Positions 13,801-25,247 of a stretch of 64,000 nucleotides of DNA are shown here, one piece after another; position 1 is the stretch's first letter; each line of letters starts with the position of its first letter. The stretch is from Takakia lepidozioides (taxonomy: Eukaryota; Plantae; Bryophyta). A program made the translations under genes and the position numbers. The notes under the pieces were generated by a model. That model did no database searches. It was not told the origin of the DNA and worked only from the letters and a program-made list of their open reading frames with translations. The stretch is from positions 50,654,001-50,718,000 of the forward strand of contig CM060731.1 in NCBI GenBank assembly GCA_030704615.1. The letters are read 5' to 3'.

Positions 13801-16800
13801 TCTGTGTTTACAGTATTTTGAAAAGATCGCTGAGCGAATTATGGACACTGGTGTTAGTGTGAGGAAACGTGTAATCAAAATCATCCGCGACGTTTGTATG
13901 TCAAACTCTGGGTTTGCTAAGGCGACTGATGGCTGTGTCCGTATCATCTCACGCATTAATGATGATGAATCTAGCATACAGGTGAGAGTCTTACTGGATG
14001 TGCTTTACATGATTGGCTTGAGTGTGGTAATTGTTGTGAAGGGTGAGGTTGTGAGGGTTGTGATAGGTAGGCTGACTTGAGGTTGAGCAAGTTGAGCAGG
14101 GTTTCTGGAAGGTGTCATGAGATGGCATGAGATAGAGAAGAGGATAGGAAATTTATTATGTCGATGAATTGAAAACTGTATAGTGTTTGCTGGCAGTGGA
14201 GGGAGGTAGAAGAAAATTTATGAGAGAAGGAAATGAAATTTATGATGTCCATGAGAAGGGAACAAGGAAACTCCTTGGTGTTCTCTGGCGATGCCAAGAA
14301 ATGTTTTTGCATCCACTTGAAGCTCAAGATATAGCAACTTTCAGGCTAAAGAATTAGCTGTGTATTGGTTTTACTTGTTGGATGAACAGTAACTGACTGA
14401 CATGGCCATGTGAATGGATTGAGATTGCACCTCATCAAATTAAAAGTTCACAATCACATCCAGAAGACTTTGCATCATGCAAACCCTGTGGTTGAAGTAA
14501 ACTGCGCAGATGGGGGTGGTTTTAATTTGAACTCTGTGATGCTGTGAACCCTGCAGGATCTTGTGGGCAAGACTTTCTTTGAGTTGTGGTTTGAGGAACC
14601 AACAGGCCATCAAACACAGTTCATGGGAGATGGAAGTGTGGTGCCCTTGGAGATTGCAGAGAGAGCCCAGCAGTTGGTTGATGTACTAAGATGCCTGCCA
14701 AGCCATCAACCTATGGTGACCATTATAAAGCGTAGTTTGGCCCTTGATTTTTGTCCCCAAAATATCAAGAATGCCGCAATAAGCATGATGACTCAAGCTG
14801 CTGTCAGACATCGTTGCGAACTTATGTGCAAGTGTTTGCTGGAGAGCGTTTTAAAGGTGAATAAATAGGTTTTTTATAATCGGAGGATGGATTAGCTGAA
14901 TCACACACATGGAACAATTTGGTACTTGGGGCTCTCACTGGTGCCACTTTCTTAGCAGTTGTTGTCGCGTGGCTCAGATGCAAAGCTTGGTATGCAGCTT
15001 GTCATTTTGTTTTAGATGTAACATTTATTGTGCGAAATGGTCTCCATATGGATCTCTGCCAGTAGGTGTTGATCTTTCTAAAAGAGTCTATTAATCACCC
15101 ATGATCTTCAAAGCAAGTCACATATTGCTTAGGAGCATTAGTCCATCACCAAGGCAGAGGGTGTTGAACTTGGCTGGTGGGTTGCAGGTAGAAGAGACTG
15201 CATCAGATGATTCGGAAATTCGTGCACTGCCCTACGTCCTCGCATTGCATGCATTTTGTACCGTTGATCCCACGTTGTGTGCACCGCCATCAGATCCATC
15301 TCGATTTGCTGTCACTCTTCAACCATATCTGAAGACCCAGGTATGAAATTCTATGATGGGGATAGGTGGCAGCTGGTCTGTTGATGGAAGAGTTATGTAG
15401 AAGTGTCAACGGGGCCCTCACACTTGTGAAGTACAACAAGTTTGGATTTCTGTTTAGCCGCTGTGCAACAGTTCAAAGCTGTGGCTGGTTTTCTCATTTC
15501 AAAGGTCTATGTAGGCCTCAACTCTCATGTTGAACTTCTGGATGAGAAAGATTCAAACCATGACTTGGTATGGCTGAACAGGTTGGCAGCCGGGATTCAG
15601 CACAACTGCTTCAGAGTATCGTGTTTGTAATTGACACGGTTCTGCCATTGCTACGGAGGCCCCCACAAAGCTTTGTGGAGGAGCTTGAGCATGATTTGCG
15701 GCAACTCATTTGCACATGTTCTTTCCTCACTGTTGTTCATGCCTGCATAAAGTAAATCTTCAAAGACTCTTCTAATGCCTAGTCAATCTCTGTTGTTTTT
15801 CCTTTTTTCCTTTCTAATCAAGTAAAAGGGAGAAAATCCTAATATTGGACATCCTGAGCTCTCTCTTTCTCTCTGATTATGTCTGTCTGTTTCTTTTTCT
15901 CAAGCCCAGCCAGAAGATAATACAGAATCACATACAGGAGCCCAATGTAATCCTTTTCCAGGTATTGATGATAATTTTGTGTTAATGGATGGATGCTACT
16001 CTGCAGGAGTCTCTGTTCCCTCAGCAGGGTGGCTTTAAAAGGAGTTGCGTCATTTGAGTTTCTTGTTCGACGGTTTTTTAAGATCCTAGATGTCAACCGC
16101 AAAAAGCAAGTTGTTGCTTCCGAGAAGCCGGTAAGTGTTCTCTATTTTTCCGAGTTGATGGGCTCTGCTTTACGCTTGGTGTGATACAATAAAAAGCCTC
16201 AATGCAGCATGTGCTGCACCATACCATTGTGTGATTACAATACTTGGCCCACATGCCTTGGATTTCTGGTTTTGAGCAATTTCCATGGGACCAGAGTTTT
16301 CTCTGCTTTCTCAGCTCTCCAATATAGGTTATATCTCTGTCCTTTTAAGGGGAAAGACTTGTACTAATGAGAAACTCATCAAAATTGTATCAATTTTCTT
16401 GTTTTTAATGCCAACACTTCCTTACTTGCCAACCAGAAACAGGCCGAGTAGTATCAGATTTGATGTTATTTGTGGATAAATGACATGTAGGAGCTGACTA
16501 CTGCATTGCATCCTTGATGTCATTGGCTGATATTTGTTCATATGACAACTGAAATTCCAATGTTTTATACCTTGCTTCTTTTGTGTGTACAGAATGTCTT
16601 GCGATGTCTGTTCTGCCTGGGTTTGCTAGGCCGTTATGGGGCTGCTCTGGTAGATGGCATTGGTGAACAAGAGATCGACATGGGGCAATTGCTGGAGCTT
16701 TACAAGTTTTATCTTGAGTCTGAAGACTTCGATGTGAAAGTCAGAGCCCTGCAGGTTGGGTTTTCCTACTCTTTGCTTGCTTCTGTGTGCATTAACATGC

Positions 16801-19800
16801 AGACCTTGTTTGAGGCATGCTTATGCCAACAAGCACATTGGCTCAAACGTTCTGTTGAGCTAAAGTCAACAGTCTGCTTGTTTAAACAATGTCAGTTTCC
16901 AGCTAGATATGTAACTCAAAGACACTGGTGAATGTGGATAGCTTCCTAGTTCCTCACAAACGGACTTCTATCTTGAGACTTTTAGTGATGGCCGATTGGG
17001 TGGGATAGGAGTACTATTAATCGCCATGGTTTTGGTTCAGGCTCTAGGTTTCATCTTCATTGCAAGGCCGGATTTTATGATGGTAAAGGACATGGACAAG
17101 ATTCTGGAGACCACTCTTTCAGCCACAGCTGATTCCCGCATCAAGGTACGTGCTTAAAAGCATCTGGGACTGCAGCATGTGAGAGTTTTAAGGATGTGAT
17201 TGTTACACGCATTCCCCTGTGGTCAGGTAATTTGCACAGCTCACTAGACGTGAAATTCTATGTACATGGTAAGTTCAGTGATGAACACTCCAGAATAACC
17301 AGCTCATCTCACCACAAGATTATTATGACAGTGATGCCTTCATGTTAAGCAACACGTGGTTCTTTCTAGTTTACCAGAATATCTTAAGGGTGAGGTATTT
17401 ATTGAGTTGATGGATCCGTATTTCTTTTGGCTGTTAAGTCATATGACAGCTTGTTCACTGGGTCAAATCTTCATGAGGCCTGGCACTGAATGCTGCTATC
17501 TGCAGCCATCAGCCATATTTTCCTCTATCAAATGCTCAACTCTTCTACCCTGTGAGCTCAAACTAGCTGCAATTGAGTCAGCTGTTTGATGCACTCTTCA
17601 CGCAACACCATGAAGTGCTCTGCCACCTCCCAACCCAATATGTTTGCTTTACGATTCTCTCTCTCGAATTTGGTTCTTGGAAGCAAGACCGTCCTGTTAA
17701 ACAGGCAAGTCTTGGTGGAGAGAGTTAGATGAGATTTTCAAGTGTCTGAATATCAGTCCTGATGAAGCTGACGTGGAGGGGGTCGTGTCCAAAGCCATGT
17801 CTGATGGCCAAAGACTGTCCGATGAAAATGAAATTAGGCATAAAACTTCCCTGAGCTTGTTTCCAGTCTGTGACATGGGCAAGGACCTTAAGGATGATAT
17901 CAAGGGCCTACCTACCCTTGGGTGGCAAGCCTACCTTTGAACAATAAACAGATGCAGAGAGGAAGAGGAGATTGTAATTGCCGGATGTGCGGCAACCTGA
18001 AGACAACATCCATTTTCTGACATTGTCTGGGATATTCTCACGAGAGAGTGACCCTCTTCAGGACAATCAAGAACATTGTCTAGGCACCTCTGTTCACCAA
18101 CTTTCAAAATTTTGAGGCTGAGCCTAAAGCCCTGGCCCTGTCCGGGGTCTAACTCTGGGCTGCTCACACATAGCAGATTGATGCCTGTGTGAAGGGCTTC
18201 CTAGAGGATATCTGGAAAGCCCAGACCAACTGTTTGTATCAAGGTAAGTCATACTACCGGAGTGACCCCCTCACAGAGGTAGTTTCTGGTCCCTTTTGTT
18301 CTGCCCAAACTGGGTGGGGGGTCTATGGCCACAAGGCTATGGCCAACACAGTCTTACGAGTACATCTCTCGAATTTGGCTGAAAGCTTGCAATGGATTTG
18401 ACATGTATGCAGAAGTCAAAATTAGATAATGGATCTGTTGTTAACACATTACAGTTAGATGACCTCACAAAATATTAGCAGGTAGCTGTTAGGTGAATAT
18501 TGTGCAACTATGTTACTTAACTTCCTTTCCTTGACGTCTAGTGTTATTATGAACTGCCAGTAGTGCACATCTGCATACACAGTCAATGCACAAACTTAAG
18601 AGATAAATGTATAGGGAACTCCATGATCTCCTAGCAATTTCAGACAAGACGTGTCTTTCTTAATTGAAAAATCCAGTCTTTGGATTGATCTTTGCAGATG
18701 CAAATGCTCCGGAACTTCAGTGACTATCTGTTTGATGTGGAGGAGCAAATGGCCATAAATGAAAAACTGAAAGAAAGCGCCAATGGAGAGAAATGTGAGG
18801 GGGGCAATATAGTCCCAGTGGCTGCAGGTGCTGGGGACAGCAATATTTGTGGTGGGATCATTCAGTTGCATTGGGAGCAAATCCTCGAAAGATCTCTAGA
18901 CCTCAATGATCAAGTGCGCCAAGCTGCCCTTAAGGTCCCTCCTCTCCATCGGAAACAAAGTAAAATGATTTAATGACTCCTGCTAGGAGGGCACTATGTA
19001 TTTAGTTGCCAGGTTGACAAGCTGTTGATTTCACATTCAGCTGTAAGCATTCTGGTGGTGTTAAGAGGTTGGTACAGATCAGGATTTGTTAGTGGCTAAG
19101 GTGGAGGCGTCAGCCTTATTCTAGCAGTAAATGCTTGAAGAAAACAGAAAGCGAGAAAGCTGTTGGTTGTTTAGCTGCCATAATGGCTCAGGGACTCCAG
19201 GCAAGTAGCGTATAACAATTGCTTGTAGGTTTGTTGTGAAGTACAAAAACTTTTATGAGAACTGTATTGACGTTGGCATTGACTTTGTAGTGTAACCTGG
19301 GATTACAGGTGGTTGAGATAGTTCTGCGGCAGGGATTGGTGCACCCAATGACTTGTGTACCTCAGCTCATAGCCATGGAGGTTGACCAGCTGGAGTTTAA
19401 TTCAAAGCTTGCACACCGCTTGTTGATGCAGATGAATGAGAAGTATGTGATTTTTTCTTACTAGCTCAGAAATCTTTTTCTTGATCACACACTGTTTCCT
19501 TTTGTGTGAGTAATCAACCAGCGTCAAAGAGGTTAGAAAACGTTTGTGCCTTCTCATGTGTCACCGTCTGTTGAAGGTGCAGTTCAATGTGTCAAAGCTC
19601 TTTGTTCAAGGGGTCTCTGTCTCTTGGTTTACCTGGTTAGATTGTCCTAGGCTTCGCAAAAATGATATCTGCACTGGCATTGATGTGCATTATGAATGTT
19701 CTTTCATTGTTCACTCATCTTCCAACTTTCTTGTCCTTGATGTCCCCCACTCATAGGCTCGGCTTTCCAATTTTGGGCATGAAGAAGGTGCAAAGTTAGC

Positions 19801-22800
19801 TCAGTTGGAATTTCTGTTGCTGCAGGTACCCCTCGTTCATTGAAAGCCGTTTAGGAGATGGCCTACAGCTCTCCTTTGCATTTATCCAAACAGGGGCAGC
19901 AAATTCTGTCCAGGGAGCCCTTGCTGCCAGGGCTACTAGTAATTCCAAATGTAAAGATCAAGGCTGCACTTCAGCATTTGCAAAGGCAGGCATTTCACGG
20001 ACTTACAAACTTATTCGAAACAGCCGAGCATCTCGAAACAAGTTTTTATCTTCGGTTATACGCAAATTTGACTCTGGAGTATCTGGCATATTGTCAGTTC
20101 CATTCTTAGTGTGAGTGGCTGTACATTTCTCTCCCTCCTCTCTGCCTTCTTTCCCTCTTTCATTCTACGCATGTGCCCTTTGGACCCTTCAGACCTTCAG
20201 ACCTGTGGATAGTACCATTTCATTTCTCTCTTCTCTCCTCCTCCTGAAGTAGTACATTTTTTGGCTGTGGTTTTGTCTCTTCTTTCTGGTTTCTCCCTTT
20301 TGTCCCCTAAGCTCTTTGAGCTTGCCGAGGACGTTATAAGGTACCATTTCATTTCATTTCGTTTCGTTTCCTTATGTCTAGATTTCTTTGTCCTGTTTTG
20401 TCTCAGAGTTTTACATGGATGTTGTGAAACCCTTTCTTTCCTGCCTTCCTGCCTTTCTTCCTTATTTTCCTCTTGTTTCCACAAGTTCTGCGACTAGCCA
20501 TAGTGTAAAGATCTAGATTGGTATGCAAATCAACTGTATACTGCAATTGCTACCTACCAGAAAGTGCTGGATTGACTGGACCTGGTGCTTCTTGTTAATT
20601 GTGTTAGAAAGAATTGTGCTCAAATAAATGAGATCCATGATTTTGTCAAATGTCTGTGGTTATTGGAAACCAACTTCAACAGGATGAACCTCTAGCTTGC
20701 AGCTCCAACAAGTTCAGAGCTGGAAAGTGTTTGAACATACCTATGCTTGATGTTCCAGGTACTGCTCTGAGGTGCTTGCGTCACTGCCCTTCAATACACA
20801 AGATGAACCTCTGTACGTTGTCTACACAATCAACAGACTTGTGCAAGTGCGGGGAGGAGAGTTAGAAGCCAACTTGAAGGCAGCCGTCAATGAGGGAGCG
20901 CTGGGCACCATAGCCAAGCAGGTTCTTGAAATCATGGCAGCTGAGAAGTTACAAGAAGGGGATGAAGCTTATGATCTTAATGCCACTGCACAAGATCCCG
21001 ACAGAAAACTTCGCAATGTAGTGGTGGAAGACACACAAGGGATTCCTGATGATGCACTAGATAGTCTAAGGGTATGAAATTTCTCCTTTCCATACTCTAC
21101 AATGTACATAACATGTTTTGTGCCCCAGGCTCTTTGCTATGTCATGGGTCTTGGCTCCAATGGTTTCACAGTTTCTGCCTTTAGAACAGCCTTTATGCTA
21201 TACCAGAATCCTGGAGATTTGCTTAGAAATTGCTCTGATTTTCTGCTGAATTGGACACTGCAGGGTTACTGCAATTCGGCCATGGCATTAGCGTTGCTGC
21301 TTCGCTTGAAGAGGCACTTGAAGATTGTTTACAACTTGAACGATGCACGTTGTCAAGTAATTGCTTGCAAACCTTTTTGCTTTCGAGTCTACCTATTCAG
21401 ACTGATAAGTACAATGTTATCATTCGTCTAATCACCTTACTGTACTCCAGAGTAAGCCATCCTGAATACATCCTGATTCAATTCGTACATTTAGATTGGA
21501 ACCAGTGTGATCTGTATGAAAGGAAAAACATGAACTTACACAAGCCAAATATAGAGGAAGGGAATGCCAGACAGACAAAAGGGCCAAGTTGCTACGCACG
21601 AGCTGGGTGGCCTCTCTGTAACGCTCTTTTGTATAGATTTGTGTCAAGATAGCTTGTTGTTGAATATTGGGTCATAGTTGCTGGATACAGAACAGTGAGA
21701 TAACTCCTTCTGCGTACTCTTCATAACTCCTACGCAGATTTTTGACCTTGATGTACATTATGGTTAGTCGTTTGCTGGATATGAACGGTTATCTACAGTA
21801 AAATGGCCATGGATACGAAATGTTCTGTATGACAAATTAGATGCCCATGTAGTTTGGCCCCTGCTTTCTGAGCTTACCATTCACTCAGCCTTGTAATTCA
21901 TATATCATATATTGATAAGGAAGTGCGAAAGGGGCAGTAGCCACAAGGCGAAGTGGGTCTTACTTATCCTACAGCCGGAGTCTTCTCTCTGTCTCTCTGT
22001 GCAAAGACTTGTTTCCAGTCTGTGACGTGGGAGAGGCCATCAGGGATGACCTCAAGTGTTTACCCACCCTCGGCACTAGACTAAAATTCAAACCAGGGCG
22101 GGGAGCTACCTTTGAACAGCAAACAGATGCAGAGAGGAAAGAGGGATTGGAATTGCCCGTTGTGTGGGCAACCTGAAACCAATATTCATTTTCTGATTCA
22201 TTGTCCTGGGTACTCTCACTAGAGAGATGCCCTCTTCAAATCCATCAAGGGAATTGTGCCTGAAACTCTGTTTGCCAACTTTGAAAGTCTCGAGGCTGAG
22301 CCAAAAGCCCAGGCCCTTTGGGGGCCTAGTTATTGGGCAAACCACACACAGCAGATGGATGCTTTTGTTAAGGGATTTCTAGAGGATATCTGGAAAACTC
22401 GGATGAATTTTCTGTTCCAAGGTAAGTCGTACTACCGGTGTCAGCCCCTGACAGGTAGTTTCTGTCCCTTTGTGTTTTGCTCAAACTGAGCACGGGGTCA
22501 ATGGCCACAAGGCTACGGCAAACAACGTCATATGAGTACATTCTCTGTGCAAAGACTGTCGGATGAAAATGAAGTTAAGCATAAAACTCCCTGAACTTGT
22601 TTTCAGGCTGTACATGGGCAAGGACCTTAAGGATGATCTGAAGGGCCTACCTACCTTTGGCACTAGACTGAAATTTAAACTCGGGGGGGAGCCTACCTTT
22701 GAACAATAAACAGATGCAGAGAGGAAACGGAGATTGCATTGCCCAATATGCGGGCAACTTGACGACAATATCCATTTTCTGACACATTGTCTGGGGTATT

Positions 22801-24509
22801 CTCACTAGAGAGTGACCCTCTTCAGGAACATCAAGAGCATGGTTCCTACACCTCTGTTCTGCAACTTTGAAAATCTCGAGGGTGAGCTTACAGCCCTGGC
22901 CCTGTTGGGGTCTATCTTTTGGGCTGCTCACATGCAACAGATTGATGCTTGTCTGAAGGGTTTTGTAGAGGATCTATGGAGCCTGAACTAATTGTTTATA
23001 TCAAGGTAAATCACACTGTTGGAGGGAGCCCCCTCACCAAGGTAATGTCTATTCCCTATGTTTCTGTCCAACCTGGGCACGGGGTCTATGGCCACAAGGC
23101 TATGGCAAACAAAGCCTTATGAGTACATTCTCTCTTCCTCTCTCTAGAAGAAGTGATGGCTGTTATACCCATGCTTTATCGCAGGGGAGAATACCTTCCA
23201 TGGTTGGGTGATAATGGCAGGATGGAACTGCCATAGTTGGGATATAGCTAATGGTATCCCATTTGCAAGATTGATCTTTACTCATAGCGGCTCATAGACA
23301 TGGATTTAGATTGGTTGGCAAAGTTTCCCACAGGTTTGTCCAAAGTGGCAGGACTCGCTTAATGGCTACTGCATTATGGTACAACACAGCTATGTCATAA
23401 GAGATCTCCCATTCTATTGCAGAGTCAAACAGGAAACAAGAAGTTTGATTGTGGATTCTGCATGGTGGAATTGCAGGCTTTTACACCAACTGAGGCCATC
23501 AAGGCGGGAGAGGTTTTGTCGAAACGAGAGAGTGTAAAGGAATTTAGTACCAAGGAATTGCCTGTGGAAGCCCCCACAACCGTGCGTCAAATGCTGGAGC
23601 AATACCAGGTAAGCTCGCCGTTTTAATATCTTGTCATTTGTTGTTCTTCTAGTGTCTTGTGCTATATGGCAAGAAGTAGCCCTGCCAAGGGACCCAAGGG
23701 GAATGCTGACTACTTGGAAACAGAGTGATTCAGCAGAGTGAGCAGTCCTTGATATTGATTCTCCGTAAACCATAGTGATGAAGCAGTCCTTGGCATGGTC
23801 TTGCAGACCCTAGTGCACTAAACCTTCTACCCCTCCATTGCTGGATATGGAAAGTTGGAGTGGAGTTTGGTTCTGAAGGTGCCGGATAAGATTTCCCTGT
23901 GACCTTCGCCCTGGTTCAACAGATATTTGCAAAAAAATGTTGTGGTGGAGGCCTTCCACCACTCTGCAGTATGATGGGCCATGTGATTGGCCAAATTGTT
24001 GTCCAAGTCACTCATGCACAATATTTGTTTCTCACCCTTGAAAGTAGGCAAGCATCTGATGAGAAATACGTAGTCTACGCTACAAAGTGGGTTTGGGTTC
24101 TTGTTCCTAGTAACAGTCACCTGGTCCCAAGTTTTTCCTGCTATGCATTGACTTCAAGGTGCTGATAACGTCAATGCCTAACTACCTTCAGGCATTCAAG
24201 CGGTTGCTGAAAGAAGATAGCATGGATTACTCCGCATACACAGCTAACATTCCTGGAAAGAAGAGAGGCAGCCGGGCAACAGCTGTCCATGCAGATGGCC
24301 CGTACGATGCCATGCATGGAAATGGGCATGTACCGACTAGGACGATGCCCAGACGAAAGAGTGTGGCCTCCACTGTCATGGATGGTGAGGGGGGTCTATC
24401 AGATGACAATGAGAGTGACGAAGAATGGGCAGATAAAGCCAAGCGGAGAAAGAGTGCAACCCCAGGAGGCAGGGCACGAGTGCGGGGAAACAAAAAGCAA
24501 TCCTTGTAA
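4808..24509 (+). CDS. SCC2: Cohesin loader SCC2/Nipped-B-like protein with PHD finger, about 27 coding exons
   Basis: N-terminus [16 protein letters not shown]...TDISYL resembles plant SCC2. HEAT-region motifs include [34 protein letters not shown] and [16 protein letters not shown] exons join in frame, e.g. 4808-5025, 5548-5660, 7721-7828, 9238-9693, 9882-10408, 12524-12574, 19826-20110, 24192-24509. In-frame ATG 4742 is an alternative start. Exons between 5.7 and 6.7 kb are uncertain. Confidence 0.95.
10083..10223 (+). other. PHD finger within SCC2
   Basis: CLVC...[12 protein letters not shown]...WLCHCCLC fits C4HC3; a PHD finger is a known feature of plant SCC2. Confidence 0.9.
11845..11905 (-). 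repeat. 3' end of a second retroposon family with (CATTT)n tail
   Basis: Reverse-complement match to 20300-20370, including hairpin AAGCTC-AAA-GAGCTT at 11881-11895. Confidence 0.55.
12054..12122 (-). mobile_element. 3' end of TCT-associated non-LTR retroposon, copy 1
   Basis: Family 3' motif (revcomp of GCCTTGTGG...GTGCCCAGTTTG); 20-bp TSD with 2 mismatches at 12034-12053 and 12123-12142. Confidence 0.75.
12298..12432 (-). mobile_element. 3' end of TCT-associated non-LTR retroposon, copy 2
   Basis: Same 3' motif; TSD core CTATGTAAAA at 12288-12297 and 12433-12442, next to GAGAGAG. Confidence 0.75.
13323..13594 (-). mobile_element. 5'-truncated non-LTR retroposon, copy 3
   Basis: Encodes [35 protein letters not shown]; perfect 14-bp TSD ATGAGGAAAACAGA at 13309-13322 and 13595-13608. 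Confidence 0.85.
17674..18364 (+). mobile_element. 5'-truncated non-LTR retroposon, copy 4
   Basis: Decayed ORF2 C-terminus with CCHC knuckle; perfect 14-bp TSD TCTCTCGAATTTGG at 17660-17673 and 18365-18378. Confidence 0.87.
20300..20370 (+). repeat. 3' end of a second retroposon family with (CATTT)n tail
   Basis: Hairpin AAGCTC-TTT-GAGCTT (20309-20323) followed by GTACCATTTCATTTCATTTC. Confidence 0.55.
22010..22541 (+). mobile_element. 5'-truncated non-LTR retroposon, copy 5
   Basis: [17 protein letters not shown] (CX2CX7HX4C); perfect 16-bp TSD TCTCTGTGCAAAGACT at 21994-22009 and 22542-22557. Confidence 0.88.
22550..23128 (+). mobile_element. 5'-truncated non-LTR retroposon, copy 6 (older, abutting copy 5)
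   Basis: Aligns by eye with copies 4 and 5; ends ...TTATGAGTACAT followed by TCTCTCTTCCTCTCTCT. Confidence 0.85.
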
Positions 24510-25247
24510 CATAACCACACTGACGAAATTTGAATCTCTTCAACCAAATAAGCGAGCAGCCGGAACATAAATTGTGCAGTTTGTCGCAGGCAATTTTGAC
24601 TTGTGCAATGTCAAATGTATTATATTGTAAACACCCACAGATTCTTGGGCGAGAGAGAGTGAGAGACAGATAACATGTGAAAGACAGCAGAACAAAAATT
24701 TGCATGTACCAACAATGCAAACACCCCAGAAACATGGGTCAAAGGTTTTTACTTGATCAGTTCAGCCAGTACCTTTGTGGAAAGCCCAGATTGGCAAATT
24801 CTATCCTACACTAGACTAAAGTTTGTGGAACAGATGCGAGGAGAGTGAGAGCCCATACCCTGGGGAGTCTCGCAGAAAATATGCATGGGAACCAAATCTT
24901 TGGTGGTGTTGAGCGTGTATGCCTTTGGTTTTTCTCATGTTTCCCTTGCCATTAACTCCATTGTGATCTGAAAGACGCACTCTATATTCATGACAGGCTC
25001 AACTCCATCCACACACCAGAAAAACGAATCAAACCAACGTTCCTGCTGCTCCCCTAGATACATCATACCGAATGCTCGCTCTAATTCTCTTGAATCCATA
25101 ACTTTGCTGGAGCTCCTGAATGCTCTCATTCTCTCTCTTCCTGAGAGCACACGCGTGATGGGAAAACCCAACGAGAAGGACAAACCAAGAAGACCAAAGC
25201 CTTGATTATCATCACACAGGGATCCAAGTAGACGCGAGGGCAGCATC

